In this document: piece by piece, positions 9,821 through 20,218 of the stretch | Layout: every line of letters begins with the position of its first letter | How positions within the stretch are numbered: the stretch's first letter is position 1 | Made by a program: the position numbers and the translations under genes | DNA from: Chloroflexota bacterium | Lineage (GTDB): Bacteria; Chloroflexota; UBA11872; VXOZ01 | Reading direction: 5' to 3' | DNA length: 64,000 bases | Assembly: GCA_965221905.1 (NCBI GenBank) | Contig: OZ244922.1 | Coordinates: 3,456,011 to 3,520,010, forward strand | Notes under the pieces: model-generated | Database searches by the model: none | Told to the model about the DNA's origin: nothing | What the model saw: the letters and a program-made list of their open reading frames with translations, nothing else

Positions 9821-10699
9821 GTGAATGAGCGTTCCGCCCAACTACGGGCGCTGTTAGAAAGACCCGGAATCGTCGTCCTGCCCGGCGCGTATGATTGCCT
9901 GAGCGCGCGCCTCGCGGAGCAAGCGGGTTTCGAGACCGTCTTCACAACCGGTTTCGGCTTCGCGGCCAGCGCCCTTGGCGTACCGGACCTCGGCCTGATG
10001 ACTGCCAGCGAAATCTTGGACCGCGTGCACAACATCGTGCAGAGTGTGCAAGTGCCCCTTGTCGCAGACATGGATACCGGCTACGGCAACCCGCTCAACG
10101 TGATCCGCACCGTCAGCGAATGCGTGGGGCTGGGTGTAGCCGGGATCATTCTGGAAGACCAGGAATGGCCCAAGAAGTGCGGGCACTTGGAAGGCAAGCG
10201 CGTGATTCCCATGGAAGACCATGTGCAGAAGTTGCGTGCCGCCGTGGATGCTCGGGGTGATTCCGGTCTGGTGATCATCGCCCGCACCGATGCGCGCGCG
10301 GTGCTGGGTATGGACGATGCCCTTGAACGCGGCCGGGCGTATTACGAGGCTGGCGCCGACGTGGTCTTTATCGAAGCGCCCCAGTCGCTCGACGAACTGC
10401 ACGCCATCGCCAAAGCCTTCCCCACGGCGCCGCTTTTCGCAAACATGATCGAGGGCGGCAAGACACCCGTGCTCTCGCCCGATGCCCTCGCCGAGATTGG
10501 CTTCAAGATCGTGGTCTATCCGCTTTCGAGTCTCTTCTCCGCGGCGCGCGCCATGCAGCACGTGTACAAGGCGCTCAAAGAGCACGGCACGACTGACACC
10601 ATTACCGACATGGCCACCCTGGATGAGTTTACCCAATGCGTGAACGTAGACCAGTTTCGCGCCTGGGAGCAGCAGTACGCAACACCGGAACGCAGTTGA
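9821..10699 (+). CDS. Isocitrate lyase / PEP mutase family enzyme (PrpB or dimethylmalate-lyase-like)
   Basis: PGAYD.LSAR, ADMDTGYG, EDQ.WPKKCGH, IARTDA, ANMIEGGKTP. Confidence 0.9.
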   Translation: MNERSAQLRALLERPGIVVLPGAYDCLSARLAEQAGFETVFTTGFGFAASALGVPDLGLMTASEILDRVHNIVQSVQVPLVADMDTGYGNPLNVIRTVSECVGLGVAGIILEDQEWPKKCGHLEGKRVIPMEDHVQKLRAAVDARGDSGLVIIARTDARAVLGMDDALERGRAYYEAGADVVFIEAPQSLDELHAIAKAFPTAPLFANMIEGGKTPVLSPDALAEIGFKIVVYPLSSLFSAARAMQHVYKALKEHGTTDTITDMATLDEFTQCVNVDQFRAWEQQYATPERS

Positions 10700-11332
10700 C
10701 ATCGGCTCCTCGCCGTTCACTCCGCGCCGATGCCCTGCTTGATTGCTAACGTCCATTTGAGATGACGGATGCGTGAGAGTCCGGTACGCCCGTCTGTGCG
10801 GAGAGGCAACGGCGCATCCTTTATCGCAGGGAACGAGTGAGGAATGACTATGCAGGCGCGAGTTGAAATCGGTCTGTACCGGTTTGCTATCATGGAGAAA
10901 CAGGCTGGAATGGGGCCTCCATACGGCAGCTACACGCCGTGCCGGTACCTATGGTAGACTCATACCTCAGAAAGTAGTGGCATCCTGCCGTTACGATCTC
11001 GGCTTAGTGCAGTTTTTCGCTGTGTTCTAACCTCGCACCGGTAGCGGCCCCCCAGTTTAGTAAGTCATTCTTCCCGGCGTCTAATTCGTTGCAGACAAGA
11101 CTGGTCGCGCCAAACCGGCAATGAAACGCGGTACGTGTTGCCATGCTCTCGGCGAACGTCTATGAACGCAGTTCCTTTGCTGCCAGGCAGTCCGTTTTGC
11201 ATTCGCACTCGCTGCATAGGCACATGATACGTGCGTGCAGCGTAATGAAGCGCGACTACGCTTCCGTAAACTAGGTGACACCGAACGGTTCACTCGGCAA
11301 CCCATTTCAAAGTCCCCGCGAAACCATAGGCC

Positions 11333-11761
11333 ATGCGTATCCCGAACGACAAGACACCGGCGCGCGTAACGAAATACGTGCTCCTCGTTGCGGGTTTGGT
11401 AATAGCAGCCACACTTACCGGCATTCCGGCGCGGGTACTGAACAGTTATGAAGTCAATCAGCGGGTGCTGGTATTGGAGCAGCGTCTCGCCACGCGCCAA
11501 GCCGAGAATTACGCCCTCCAGCAAGAGCTCGCGCGCCGGGGCAGGGAGGCGTATATCCGCACCGTGGCGAAAGAGCGTCTCGGGTTGGTGGAACCTGGAG
11601 AAGAGCTGGTGCTGCTGCCACTCGATGGGGAACGCTCCCAGTCGAGATTGGAGAGAACCAGCGTCCCTCTCAAAGATCTGCAGGTAACCGATACACCCTA
11701 CGATGCGGAATGGGGATACTTTCTGGAATGGCTGACACTGCTCAAGAGCTCGTTCGTATGA
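11333..11761 (+). CDS. Septum formation initiator family protein (FtsB/DivIC-like)
   Basis: One TM helix, coiled coil, YIR.VAKERLGLVEPGE motif. Confidence 0.8.
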   Translation: MRIPNDKTPARVTKYVLLVAGLVIAATLTGIPARVLNSYEVNQRVLVLEQRLATRQAENYALQQELARRGREAYIRTVAKERLGLVEPGEELVLLPLDGERSQSRLERTSVPLKDLQVTDTPYDAEWGYFLEWLTLLKSSFV

Positions 11762-12210
11762 ACGTACCAAACCGTAATGTGAACGTGCGCATCAAGCGTA
11801 TCGATCCCACTCTCCCACTGCCTCGCTATGCCACTGCCGGCGCCGTTGCTTTCGATCTGAGCGCCCGCACGAGCGTGACGATTGCGCCGCACGAGACCGC
11901 GCGCGTGCCGTGCAATGTGGTGATCGAGGTTCCTCCCGGTTACGCACTCATTGTGGCGAGCCGCAGCAGCACGCCGGTGCGCAAAGGTCTGCTGAAAGCC
12001 AACGGCATCGGCATCATCGACCGGGACTACTGCGGCGACACGGACGAAATCCAAGCGCTCTTCTATAACGTAACCGGCGCGCCGGTAATCGTCGAGCGTG
12101 GTGAACGCATCGCTCAGGCGCTCCTCGTGCCGGCGCCGCGCATCAGGTGGGAGGAAGTAACGAGTCTTGAGGCCGACGATCGCGGCGGATTCGGCAGCAC
12201 CGGCGTCTGA
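11758..12210 (+). CDS. dut: dUTP diphosphatase
   Basis: GAVAFDL, SRSS, GIIDRDY.G, GERIAQ, RGGFGSTG; ATGA overlap with the upstream stop. Confidence 0.95.
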   Translation: MNVPNRNVNVRIKRIDPTLPLPRYATAGAVAFDLSARTSVTIAPHETARVPCNVVIEVPPGYALIVASRSSTPVRKGLLKANGIGIIDRDYCGDTDEIQALFYNVTGAPVIVERGERIAQALLVPAPRIRWEEVTSLEADDRGGFGSTGV

Positions 12211-12296
12211 CTATGCTTCCATGCAAACTTGAGCTAGCGGTCTGCCGACGAGCAGCGTGATCTGAATTGAGCTAAAGCGCTTTGCTCTTTGCCAAT

Positions 12297-12417
12297 GTCC
12301 GTTCGTGGTGAACACTTCGGCAACCTCAGCGCAAACTCTGTCGAACCGAAATTAGAGGCGCAGTTAATGGAGACCACGCCAGTTCCGTTCAGCCTTCGAC
12401 AGGCTCAGGCCGAATGG
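12297..12417. repeat. CTTCGACAGGCTCAG-type palindromic repeats
   Basis: CCGTTCAGCCTTCGACAGGCTCAGGCCGAATGG plus a degenerate partner; same family at 15606, 21722, 33958 and 35013. Confidence 0.75.
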
Positions 12418-12640
12418 GTCTATTCCCTAGATGTTCCCTGAGTACCGTCACTGAGGTCTTTCCTCATCCCTGTGTGCCGACCTCGCGCGCTTTCGGTATA
12501 CCGCATAGTGCAACGGCCCCGAATATGACCGCCTGCTACCAGCACCTCCCATTTCTAGACTGTTTTTGCTCACGCTGAAAAGTGGCTCACCTGGGGTACC
12601 ATGAAGGCATGGAAATCAACATCGCAATTCAGGGACAGCC

Positions 12641-14173
12641 GTGAACGCGATCGACAATTCAATTCAACCGCACGATTCACTGGTGGAGTCAATCGCTCAG
12701 ACGATTGCAACCCATAACTTGCTGCCAGCGGGCAGCAGAGTCTTGGTAGCGGTATCCGGCGGGGCGGATTCCGTCGCCTTGATCGATGCCCTGCACCGGC
12801 TTGCGCCGCTGCACCGGTGGCAGCTCCACGTCGGTCACGTGAACCACCAACTGCGCGGCGCAGAATCCGAAGCAGACGCCGCGTTTGTCGCGCAACTCGC
12901 CGCAGGAGCGGGACTGCCCTGCTCCCTACGCACCGTAGATGTCGCGCGCGCACAGCAAGACAACGCCTCCCCGGAAAATACCGCCCGGCGGCTGCGCTAC
13001 CGGTTGCTTGCCGGGATCGCCCACGAGGCGGGAGCGCGCTGCATCGCCCTTGCTCACCATCAGGACGACCAGGCCGAGACCGTGCTGCTCCATCTCCTGC
13101 GCGGCAGTGGACTCGGCGGGCTGACCGGCATGCGTTACGCGAGCCCGCTGCTGGTTGCGGATGATGCAGAGACGAGTCCGCGCCTCGCAGCAAGCACTGC
13201 AACCGTTTGCGGTGCGGCGTACAAGCAAGCAGACCAAACCATCACCTTGATACGTCCGCTCCTGAACGTCTCACGCGCCGATATTCGCGCCTATTGCGCC
13301 CGCCGCGGCCTGCAGTTTCGCGAAGACAGTACTAATGATACGACCGCCCCACAGCGGAACTGGCTGCGCCACAAGGTACTGCCGTTGCTGGAAACGCGGT
13401 ACCCCGCGGCGGCGCGCACGCTGGCTCGCGCCGCGCACGTGCTCGAGGAGGACTATGCCTACCTAACCGAGTTGGCGGAAGACTGGTTGCGCCGGCACGC
13501 ACGGCAGTGCACCGACGGGTTGCTCCTTTCCCATGCCGACTGGCGCACTCTGTCGGCTTCCTTACAAACAGCAGTGCTGCGCTGCGCCATAGGCCGGGTA
13601 GCCGGACACATCCAAGGGCTGGAGCACGCACATATCGCGCAGGCGCGCGACATCCTGCGAGAGGGTCGCATCGGGGTTTCGCCTTCGCTGCCCGGCGGTC
13701 TGGTGTGCCGTGCTGAACAAGACGGTATCTGGATCGGCCGTAGGTCCCTGCAAAAGCCATTCGCGCCAATCGCGCTCTCCGTACCCGGCCGCACGGCCAT
13801 CGCGCCGCTCGGATGCAGCATTTACGCCGCGCTGGTAGATTCGTGTGAGGAAGACTTCATTCGAGCATCAGCCGATGGAGACGCCTGGCTCGACTCCGCG
13901 CAGGTTCAAGGACCGCTCAGCGTGCGTACGCGCCTCCCGGGAGATCGTTTCATTCCATTGGGCATGACCGGCGCGAAGAAGCTCCAGGATTTTCTGGTGG
14001 ATGCCCGTGTGCCGGCGCGCTTGCGGGACCGCGTGCCGCTGGTAGTTTCGGAGAAAAAAACAATCGTGTGGGTCGCAGGCCACCGTATCGACGCACGCTA
14101 CCGCGTCACTGCTCAGACGCGGCAGGTGATTCACTTGCGCCTGGAAACATCCCCGGGGGAGGATTTGCCGTGA
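12641..14173 (+). CDS. tilS: tRNA(Ile)-lysidine synthetase
   Basis: VAVSGGADS PP-loop, NHQLRG, ARRLRY, AHHQDDQAET, RNWLR, C-terminal KKLQDFLVD. Confidence 0.95.
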   Translation: MNAIDNSIQPHDSLVESIAQTIATHNLLPAGSRVLVAVSGGADSVALIDALHRLAPLHRWQLHVGHVNHQLRGAESEADAAFVAQLAAGAGLPCSLRTVDVARAQQDNASPENTARRLRYRLLAGIAHEAGARCIALAHHQDDQAETVLLHLLRGSGLGGLTGMRYASPLLVADDAETSPRLAASTATVCGAAYKQADQTITLIRPLLNVSRADIRAYCARRGLQFREDSTNDTTAPQRNWLRHKVLPLLETRYPAAARTLARAAHVLEEDYAYLTELAEDWLRRHARQCTDGLLLSHADWRTLSASLQTAVLRCAIGRVAGHIQGLEHAHIAQARDILREGRIGVSPSLPGGLVCRAEQDGIWIGRRSLQKPFAPIALSVPGRTAIAPLGCSIYAALVDSCEEDFIRASADGDAWLDSAQVQGPLSVRTRLPGDRFIPLGMTGAKKLQDFLVDARVPARLRDRVPLVVSEKKTIVWVAGHRIDARYRVTAQTRQVIHLRLETSPGEDLP

Positions 14174-15201
14174 GCGGCGATTTCTCCCCCGAAGGCGTGG
14201 GGCCCGCTCAGCGGAGCGGCGACCGGGCGCAACCGTCAGCCAAGGCCTTGCCGGAGGAATCCACCCGCACCGGGTCAGCAGACGCGCCGCCCGTCGCAGC
14301 CGATCGGACGCTCTTCTCTATCGCCGGTGCGCTGCTGCGCTCCACTCGACCGCAACAGTGGGTCAAGAATGCCCTCGTCTTTGCGGGCGTGATCTTCTCC
14401 CAGCAGTTCACAGACCTGAACGCCGTGCAGTCCAGCGTGATTGCTTGCGTTCTTTTTGTGCTCGCCAGCGGCGGCATCTACCTGGTAAACGACATGCTCG
14501 ATGTTGACGCAGACCGCGCCCACCCGCTCAAACGAGAACGCCCGCTGGCGGCGGGTGAACTGCCGCTGTGGCTGGCGCTCATTGCCGCCGCCGTTCTGCT
14601 CGGCAGCGCCCTCGTCGGCGCGTTCTTCATGCAGCTTGCGCTCGGCGCAATCGTCGCGCTCTACGTGGGCGCGAATCTCGCCTATAGCGCGTGGCTGAAG
14701 CACGTGGTGCTGCTGGACGTGCTTTTGATAGCCTCCGGCTTCCTGCTGCGTGCCGCCGCTGGCGCCGTTGCCGTACTCACGCCGATTTCGCCCTGGCTCT
14801 ACTTGTGCACGCTGCTGCTGGCGTTGCTAATCATCCTGGGTAAGCGCCGCAGCGAACTGGCACTGCTCGGTCCCGGGGCCGCTGCCCACCGTCGCAACCT
14901 GGCGCGCTACACCGCTCCGTCGCTCGACCGCTGGCTCCTGTTGGCAGCCGCAACCACCGTTGCCGCCTACGTGCTCTATACGCTCTTTTCGCCCGCTACG
15001 TACGGCAGCCCGATTCTTATCGTCACCGTGCCGTTCGTTGTTCTCGGCCTGGTGCGGTATTTGCGCGCCACACGTACGCCCTCTGGCGCGGAGAGCCCCG
15101 AAGCGCTGCTCTTCCGCGACCCGTGGCTGTTCGCCAGCGTAGCGCTCTGGGGCCTAACTGTGCTGGTGTTGCTGTATGTGGTGGATGTTCTTCCAACGTA
15201 G
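14170..15201 (+). CDS. UbiA-family prenyltransferase (decaprenyl-phosphate phosphoribosyltransferase-like)
   Basis: RPQQWVKN, YLVND..D...DR.HP.KR.RPLAAG, GKRRSE; GTGA overlap with tilS. Confidence 0.9.
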   Translation: MSGDFSPEGVGPAQRSGDRAQPSAKALPEESTRTGSADAPPVAADRTLFSIAGALLRSTRPQQWVKNALVFAGVIFSQQFTDLNAVQSSVIACVLFVLASGGIYLVNDMLDVDADRAHPLKRERPLAAGELPLWLALIAAAVLLGSALVGAFFMQLALGAIVALYVGANLAYSAWLKHVVLLDVLLIASGFLLRAAAGAVAVLTPISPWLYLCTLLLALLIILGKRRSELALLGPGAAAHRRNLARYTAPSLDRWLLLAAATTVAAYVLYTLFSPATYGSPILIVTVPFVVLGLVRYLRATRTPSGAESPEALLFRDPWLFASVALWGLTVLVLLYVVDVLPT

Positions 15202-15254
15202 CTGCCAAACGCGAAAACGGATTCTGTGATATTGAAAACGAACAACTCACGGAA

Positions 15255-15640
15255 AACCCGAATTCTTCGGCGCGTGGGAATCCAGTCGGCTTGATCTAGT
15301 TACCGGAGGCTACGACGCCTTCCTGGCCGTGCAAAGCCTTTCCCGTACCTGATTCGAGGCAGGATTTCAGCCGACTAAGCCGACGGACCCGTGCATAGCC
15401 AATTCCGTAACGCGTACGGGGCAGGAATCCAACCGAGTCGACCGACGTACCGGAGCCTGCAACTCCGTCACTCCCGTGAAAACGGGAATCCATCTTCGAT
15501 GCCACAGCGCGAACGACCAGCCATTAGAAAGAACGTAGACCAGCCAAAAGAATAAACGTAGCGCGGGGGCTTGTCCCCCGCTCCTATTCAGATGATCGCC
15601 TGCGTGCCGTTCGCCCTGAGCCTGTCGAAGGGCGAACGGC
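15255..15640. repeat. Mosaic cluster of REP-like palindromes from three families
   Basis: CCGTCACTCCCGTGAAAACGGGAATCC, GTAGCGCGGGGGCTTGTCCCCCGC (15558), GCCGTTCGCCCTGAGCCTGTCGAAGGGCGAACGGC (15606). Confidence 0.75.
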
Positions 15641-15748
15641 TGAGGAAACAAATTTCTATTGTCACATCTTCTTGCGCAATCACCTAGGGGCGTTTGCCTC
15701 GCAAAATCGACCCAACAGCCACATGCCATCGGAAAGGGATTCCAAACC

Positions 15749-16141
15749 ATGCTCGCCAACGCCCGCACACCCGCCGCGATCCTGGAGCACCAGACCGCCG
15801 CCTGGAACGCTGCGGACTTTGACGCCATTCTGCAAGACTTCGCGCCGGATGCCGTCCTCACCAGCGCTTCCGGCCAGACGCTCAGCGGCATACCCGCCAT
15901 TCGCCAATCGCTCACATCGTTCTTCACTGCCTTTGCAGAGATCCGCCTTACGCTGCGCTCGCTCGTGGCGCAGGACGACACAGCAGCCTGCGAGTGGGAG
16001 TTTTCCTGCCGCCACCGCCTCACCGGCAACACCGCCCGCCTCCCCGCCACCGTCTTCATCACCTGCAAGAATGGCACAATCACCCACTGGCGCGAATACT
16101 ACGACACCGCCCAATTCAAAGCGCAATTAAGTCAGCACTAG
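15749..16141 (+). CDS. SnoaL-like / NTF2-family protein
   Basis: AWNAADFDAI..FAPDAV, G..AIR, GTITHWREYYD. Confidence 0.85.
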   Translation: MLANARTPAAILEHQTAAWNAADFDAILQDFAPDAVLTSASGQTLSGIPAIRQSLTSFFTAFAEIRLTLRSLVAQDDTAACEWEFSCRHRLTGNTARLPATVFITCKNGTITHWREYYDTAQFKAQLSQH

Positions 16142-16345
16142 GGATGCAAACATAGTGACTTCATACTTGGCTTGAGTACATACCTGAGTTTATGTTTGCG
16201 TCCGAGAACTGTCACATGGAGCCATCGGAGTTCAACGTATAGGTATGGGCGGCAAAAGACACTCAGATTGAATGCAGCCAAGCCATGGTATCCTGAATAG
16301 AAGCTGACGCCAGCACGCCGAATCCTCTCTTATCGAGGTAAGTCC

Positions 16346-18361
16346 ATGCAGCGAAATTCCAAGAAATACACCATGCGAATTTCCCGGCTGACCATCGACA
16401 AGTTGGGCATTCAGATGTACGACAGGGTCTCCGCCGTCTTAGCAGAGCTGATTGCCAACGCCTATGACGCTGATGCCGAGCACGTCAAGATCACACTCCC
16501 CTTCGGCACATACCTGGCACTAAAGAAAGAGGGACAGATCGAAGACCAAGGATTTGAGATTGTTATCGAGGATGACGGTAGTGGAATGACGTTGGAAGAG
16601 GTGAATGCCTACTACCTAAACGTTGGTTACAACCGAAGAGTTGGACGCAGAGATCGAACGCCAAAGCATGACCGCCGGGTCATGGGAAGAAAAGGGATCG
16701 GAAAGCTGGCGCCTTTCGGTATATGTCACGAAGTCGAGGTCGTGACTGCTGGAGGCGAGCAGACGAATAGTGGATATCAAGTGTCCAACCTAATACTCAA
16801 CTTTAATGCCATCCTGGCGGAGGAAAAGGACGATTCTGGGAATGTCGTACCTTATTATCCGGACGAGGGCCCTAAAGATGGAAGCTTTGCAGACTCCACC
16901 GGAACAACACTCATCCTGAGAAAGTTTGACCGTCGGCGTGTTCCCACCGGGGAGCAATTGGACCGCCAGCTTGCGGCTCGGTTCGGGCTTAGTCAGGAAA
17001 ACTGGAGTGTCCAACTTACGGACAACTTTGGGAAGAATAAGCAAGTTGAGCTCGGAACACTGAACGTAGACATTATGGAAGGCACTCGCATAGATGTCTG
17101 TAACAGGCCCGTGAATGTGGAAGGTCGATTTTACCCTGTTTCCGGGTGGGTTGCATATGCAAAGGACCCCTACAAGGACGAAGTGATGGCCGGAGTACGA
17201 ATTTACGCCAGAGGGAAAATTGTAGCTCAAACCAGGGACTTTGACATTGAGGCGGGCTTCACTGGCGAATTCAAAATGAGAAGCTATCTGACGGGTGCCA
17301 TCTACGCGGAGTGGCTCGATGATACTGAAGATCTCGTGCAGACTGACAGACAAGACATAATTTGGAACTCCGACGCGGGAACCGCGCTTCGGGAATGGGG
17401 CCAAGACCTGTTACGGGAACTCGCTAAAACTTCCGAGGTGAGTGCAGGCCAGCGGGTCTGGGACATTTTTCAGGAGAAGTCGCTGCTCCGAGAACGACTG
17501 GAAAGAGCCTTGCCGAAAGACACTGCCGTCCGCGACTCAGTTATGAGAGCGGCGAAATCACTTGTCACTCGAGCAGACAGGGGTGCTCTGGAAGATCCAC
17601 GCTACATTGAACGCATGGTTCGCCTGGCATATGCGATTGGACCTCATACTACGTTGCTCACTGCACTAGATCAGGTTGCATCTTCGCCCAGCACCACTAT
17701 CGATATAGTTCTTGACCTTTTTGAGAAGTCTAGGCTTGTCGAGATGTACTCTCTGGGGCAAGTTGCTCAAGAGCGAGTAGGTGCCATAGAGCAGCTCCAA
17801 AGGCTTGTGAAGGCCCCCTCGACAGTGGAAAGACAGTTGCAGAAGCTTATCGAAGACGCGCCATGGATACTCTATCCTGACTGGACACCGCTAAGCTTTA
17901 ACCAGTCGCTGGCATCAACTCGATCGAATTTCCAGAATTGGTACCATGCAAAGAACAGAGTGGAGATTGTCACTTCAACTATTGGTAATCTTAAGAAAAT
18001 ACCAGACTTCGTTATGCTCAACCACGAAGGCCGGTTAGAGATTATCGAGATCAAGCGTCCCCAGCACCATCTAACAGACACGGAATTCAATAGGGCGTTC
18101 GGCTACTTAACGGCGGTCAGGGACTTTATCGAGGATACACCCTCAGTCAAAGAATCATTCCCCGGAGCCAGACTGACTATTGTGTGTGACCACCTGAATT
18201 TAGGCGCATTGGGGCTGAACACTATTCGAACGGATTCTGAAGTAACTTACAAGACGTGGCACGAAGTCCTTCAAGCAACCAATCGAAGCCACGAAGATTT
18301 CCTCAAAGTGGTTCGGGAAATGCAAGGAGAACTGCCAGAATTGCCTGTCGAGGAAGAGTAG
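16346..18361 (+). CDS. GHKL (MORC/Hsp90-like) ATPase fused to a C-terminal PD-(D/E)xK nuclease
   Basis: ELIANAYDA, DDGSGM, GRKGIGK, GTT motifs; C-terminal PDFV..IIEIKRP. Confidence 0.85.
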   Translation: MQRNSKKYTMRISRLTIDKLGIQMYDRVSAVLAELIANAYDADAEHVKITLPFGTYLALKKEGQIEDQGFEIVIEDDGSGMTLEEVNAYYLNVGYNRRVGRRDRTPKHDRRVMGRKGIGKLAPFGICHEVEVVTAGGEQTNSGYQVSNLILNFNAILAEEKDDSGNVVPYYPDEGPKDGSFADSTGTTLILRKFDRRRVPTGEQLDRQLAARFGLSQENWSVQLTDNFGKNKQVELGTLNVDIMEGTRIDVCNRPVNVEGRFYPVSGWVAYAKDPYKDEVMAGVRIYARGKIVAQTRDFDIEAGFTGEFKMRSYLTGAIYAEWLDDTEDLVQTDRQDIIWNSDAGTALREWGQDLLRELAKTSEVSAGQRVWDIFQEKSLLRERLERALPKDTAVRDSVMRAAKSLVTRADRGALEDPRYIERMVRLAYAIGPHTTLLTALDQVASSPSTTIDIVLDLFEKSRLVEMYSLGQVAQERVGAIEQLQRLVKAPSTVERQLQKLIEDAPWILYPDWTPLSFNQSLASTRSNFQNWYHAKNRVEIVTSTIGNLKKIPDFVMLNHEGRLEIIEIKRPQHHLTDTEFNRAFGYLTAVRDFIEDTPSVKESFPGARLTIVCDHLNLGALGLNTIRTDSEVTYKTWHEVLQATNRSHEDFLKVVREMQGELPELPVEEE

Positions 18362-18364
18362 AGC

Positions 18365-18844
18365 TTGCGCACAGACGTGATGACACCCATTCAGCGGTAC
18401 CGCGCCATGGCGCACAATCGGGGAAGAACGCAGCCCGAGCGTACCTTGGCGTCGGCTTTGTGGCGTCGCGGACTCCGATACCTGACGCATGAAGGTTACA
18501 AGTCCCTTACAGGCACACGTCTTCAGGGAAACCCCGACTTGATATTCTCTCGCAGGAAACTGGTGATCTTCGTTGACGGGTGCTTCTGGCACGGCTGTCA
18601 GATGTGCCGCAAACACTCGGGGCTGAGAGGCGACTTTTGGGTGGAAAAAATCAACGCTACCCAAGAACGAGACCGGCGTGTTACCACGGCACTTGAAAAA
18701 GAGGGGTGGACAGTTCTCCGCGTTCCTGAACACGACGTACGCACTAAGGCCCCGCTAGCACGAACAATCGACAGCCTAGTACCGCGAATTCGTGCAGCGT
18801 CCACAAGTGTTGCTGCTTTCACGGGTGGAGAAGGAAGTGTCTAA
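18365..18844 (+). CDS. vsr: Very short patch repair endonuclease
   Basis: TQPE..L...LW..GLRY, GNPDL, IFVDGCFWHGC, FW.EKI...RD, GW.VLRV.E. Confidence 0.92.
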   Translation: MRTDVMTPIQRYRAMAHNRGRTQPERTLASALWRRGLRYLTHEGYKSLTGTRLQGNPDLIFSRRKLVIFVDGCFWHGCQMCRKHSGLRGDFWVEKINATQERDRRVTTALEKEGWTVLRVPEHDVRTKAPLARTIDSLVPRIRAASTSVAAFTGGEGSV

Positions 18845-20150
18845 CCTGGCAATCCGCGACTTCGTAGAGCAGGTTAAGCCGCCGTTAAACCCACAGAGAA
18901 CTGCTGTCTCATTGTTCTCGGGCGCTGGTTTGAGCGACCTTGGCTACGAGATTGCTGGTTTCCAGTTCCTCGTCCAAGTCGAGGTAGAGGAGAGACGGGC
19001 CGCCATTGGATCCGACAACTTCCCCGCGTCAACGTGGATCGCTCAGGACGTACGCACGAGCAGAAACCAGATTGTCGCGGCCTACCGCGCAGCCACGTCA
19101 CGGCGACTCGACTTGCTGGTGGCGACGCCCCCGTGTCAGGGAATGAGCAGCTCTAATCCCAGCAGAGGTAAGCGTCAAACTCCAAGAGCAAGAGCGCAAG
19201 AGGAGAAGAACCGCCTCCTACTGGAGGTAGTTCCACTGGCTCAGTCACTGAATCCCCGACTAATTGTCATTGAGAACGTACGTCAGATCTTAACCCTTGA
19301 AGTAGAGTACGAAGGAATAAGAAGCCAGCTCATTGATCTGCTCCACGCCGGACTCCCAGACTATCAAGTGTTTTCCGGAGTGGTGAACGTGGCCGACTTT
19401 GGAATTCCTCAGATCAGAAGACGTGCTTTGATCGTTGCAATACACAGGGACGAGTTGTGGCTTGATGCAGCGCCCTTGCCGGCCAGCAAGCCGTGGCCAC
19501 ACCCGACTCATTCCGAACGATCAACCAATGGTGAGCGGCCGTGGGTGGGCATACGTGAGTGGCTAGAGGCAATGGAGTACGAACCCTTGGACGCAAGCTC
19601 CAAGGAATCTGCGCGTGGGATGCACGCATTACACTTCGTACCGACGTACGGGCCGGACCGATACCTGCAGATCAGCGATATCCCTCCGTACTCTGGACGC
19701 AGCGCTTACCAAAACGACACCTGTCCATCGTGCGGCCATCAGCAGGTGCAGGAGGGCACAATCACTTGCCCATCCTGCCACCGCTTGATGCGCAACAGGC
19801 CGTATGTTGAAAGGAATGGTCGAACGTCCTTGATTAGGGGCTTCCACTCTAGCTACCGACGAATAAGCGCAGATCGACCTGCATACACCATAACCACTAA
19901 TTCAAGCCATGTCGGTAGCGACTTCAAGATTCATCCTTGGGAGAATAGGGTTCTTAGCATATTGGAGTGCGCTGACCTGCAGACAGTTCCTAGATTCTAC
20001 GACTGGACGCGTGCAGAGAAGAATCATACGCTCTACCTTGTCCGCAACTTAATCGGCGAGGCCTTCCCTACCTACTTCACCTACCTCCACGGTCGGGTCC
20101 TAAGTGATCTCTTGGCGCAAGTGGGTAAAGCACGACAGACTTCCCTATAG
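18837..20150 (+). CDS. DNA (cytosine-5)-methyltransferase with a CxxC..CxxC insert
   Basis: SLFSGAG, PPCQ, ENV, PQIRRR, RVLS..ECADLQ; CPSC(x12)CPSC in the variable region. Confidence 0.92.
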   Translation: MSNLAIRDFVEQVKPPLNPQRTAVSLFSGAGLSDLGYEIAGFQFLVQVEVEERRAAIGSDNFPASTWIAQDVRTSRNQIVAAYRAATSRRLDLLVATPPCQGMSSSNPSRGKRQTPRARAQEEKNRLLLEVVPLAQSLNPRLIVIENVRQILTLEVEYEGIRSQLIDLLHAGLPDYQVFSGVVNVADFGIPQIRRRALIVAIHRDELWLDAAPLPASKPWPHPTHSERSTNGERPWVGIREWLEAMEYEPLDASSKESARGMHALHFVPTYGPDRYLQISDIPPYSGRSAYQNDTCPSCGHQQVQEGTITCPSCHRLMRNRPYVERNGRTSLIRGFHSSYRRISADRPAYTITTNSSHVGSDFKIHPWENRVLSILECADLQTVPRFYDWTRAEKNHTLYLVRNLIGEAFPTYFTYLHGRVLSDLLAQVGKARQTSL

Positions 20151-20218
20151 AACGACAAATCGTCCTAGCAGCGTTTTCACTTTCCCACCTCTTTCCCGCT
20201 CCGCGCCACTGGCGGCAA

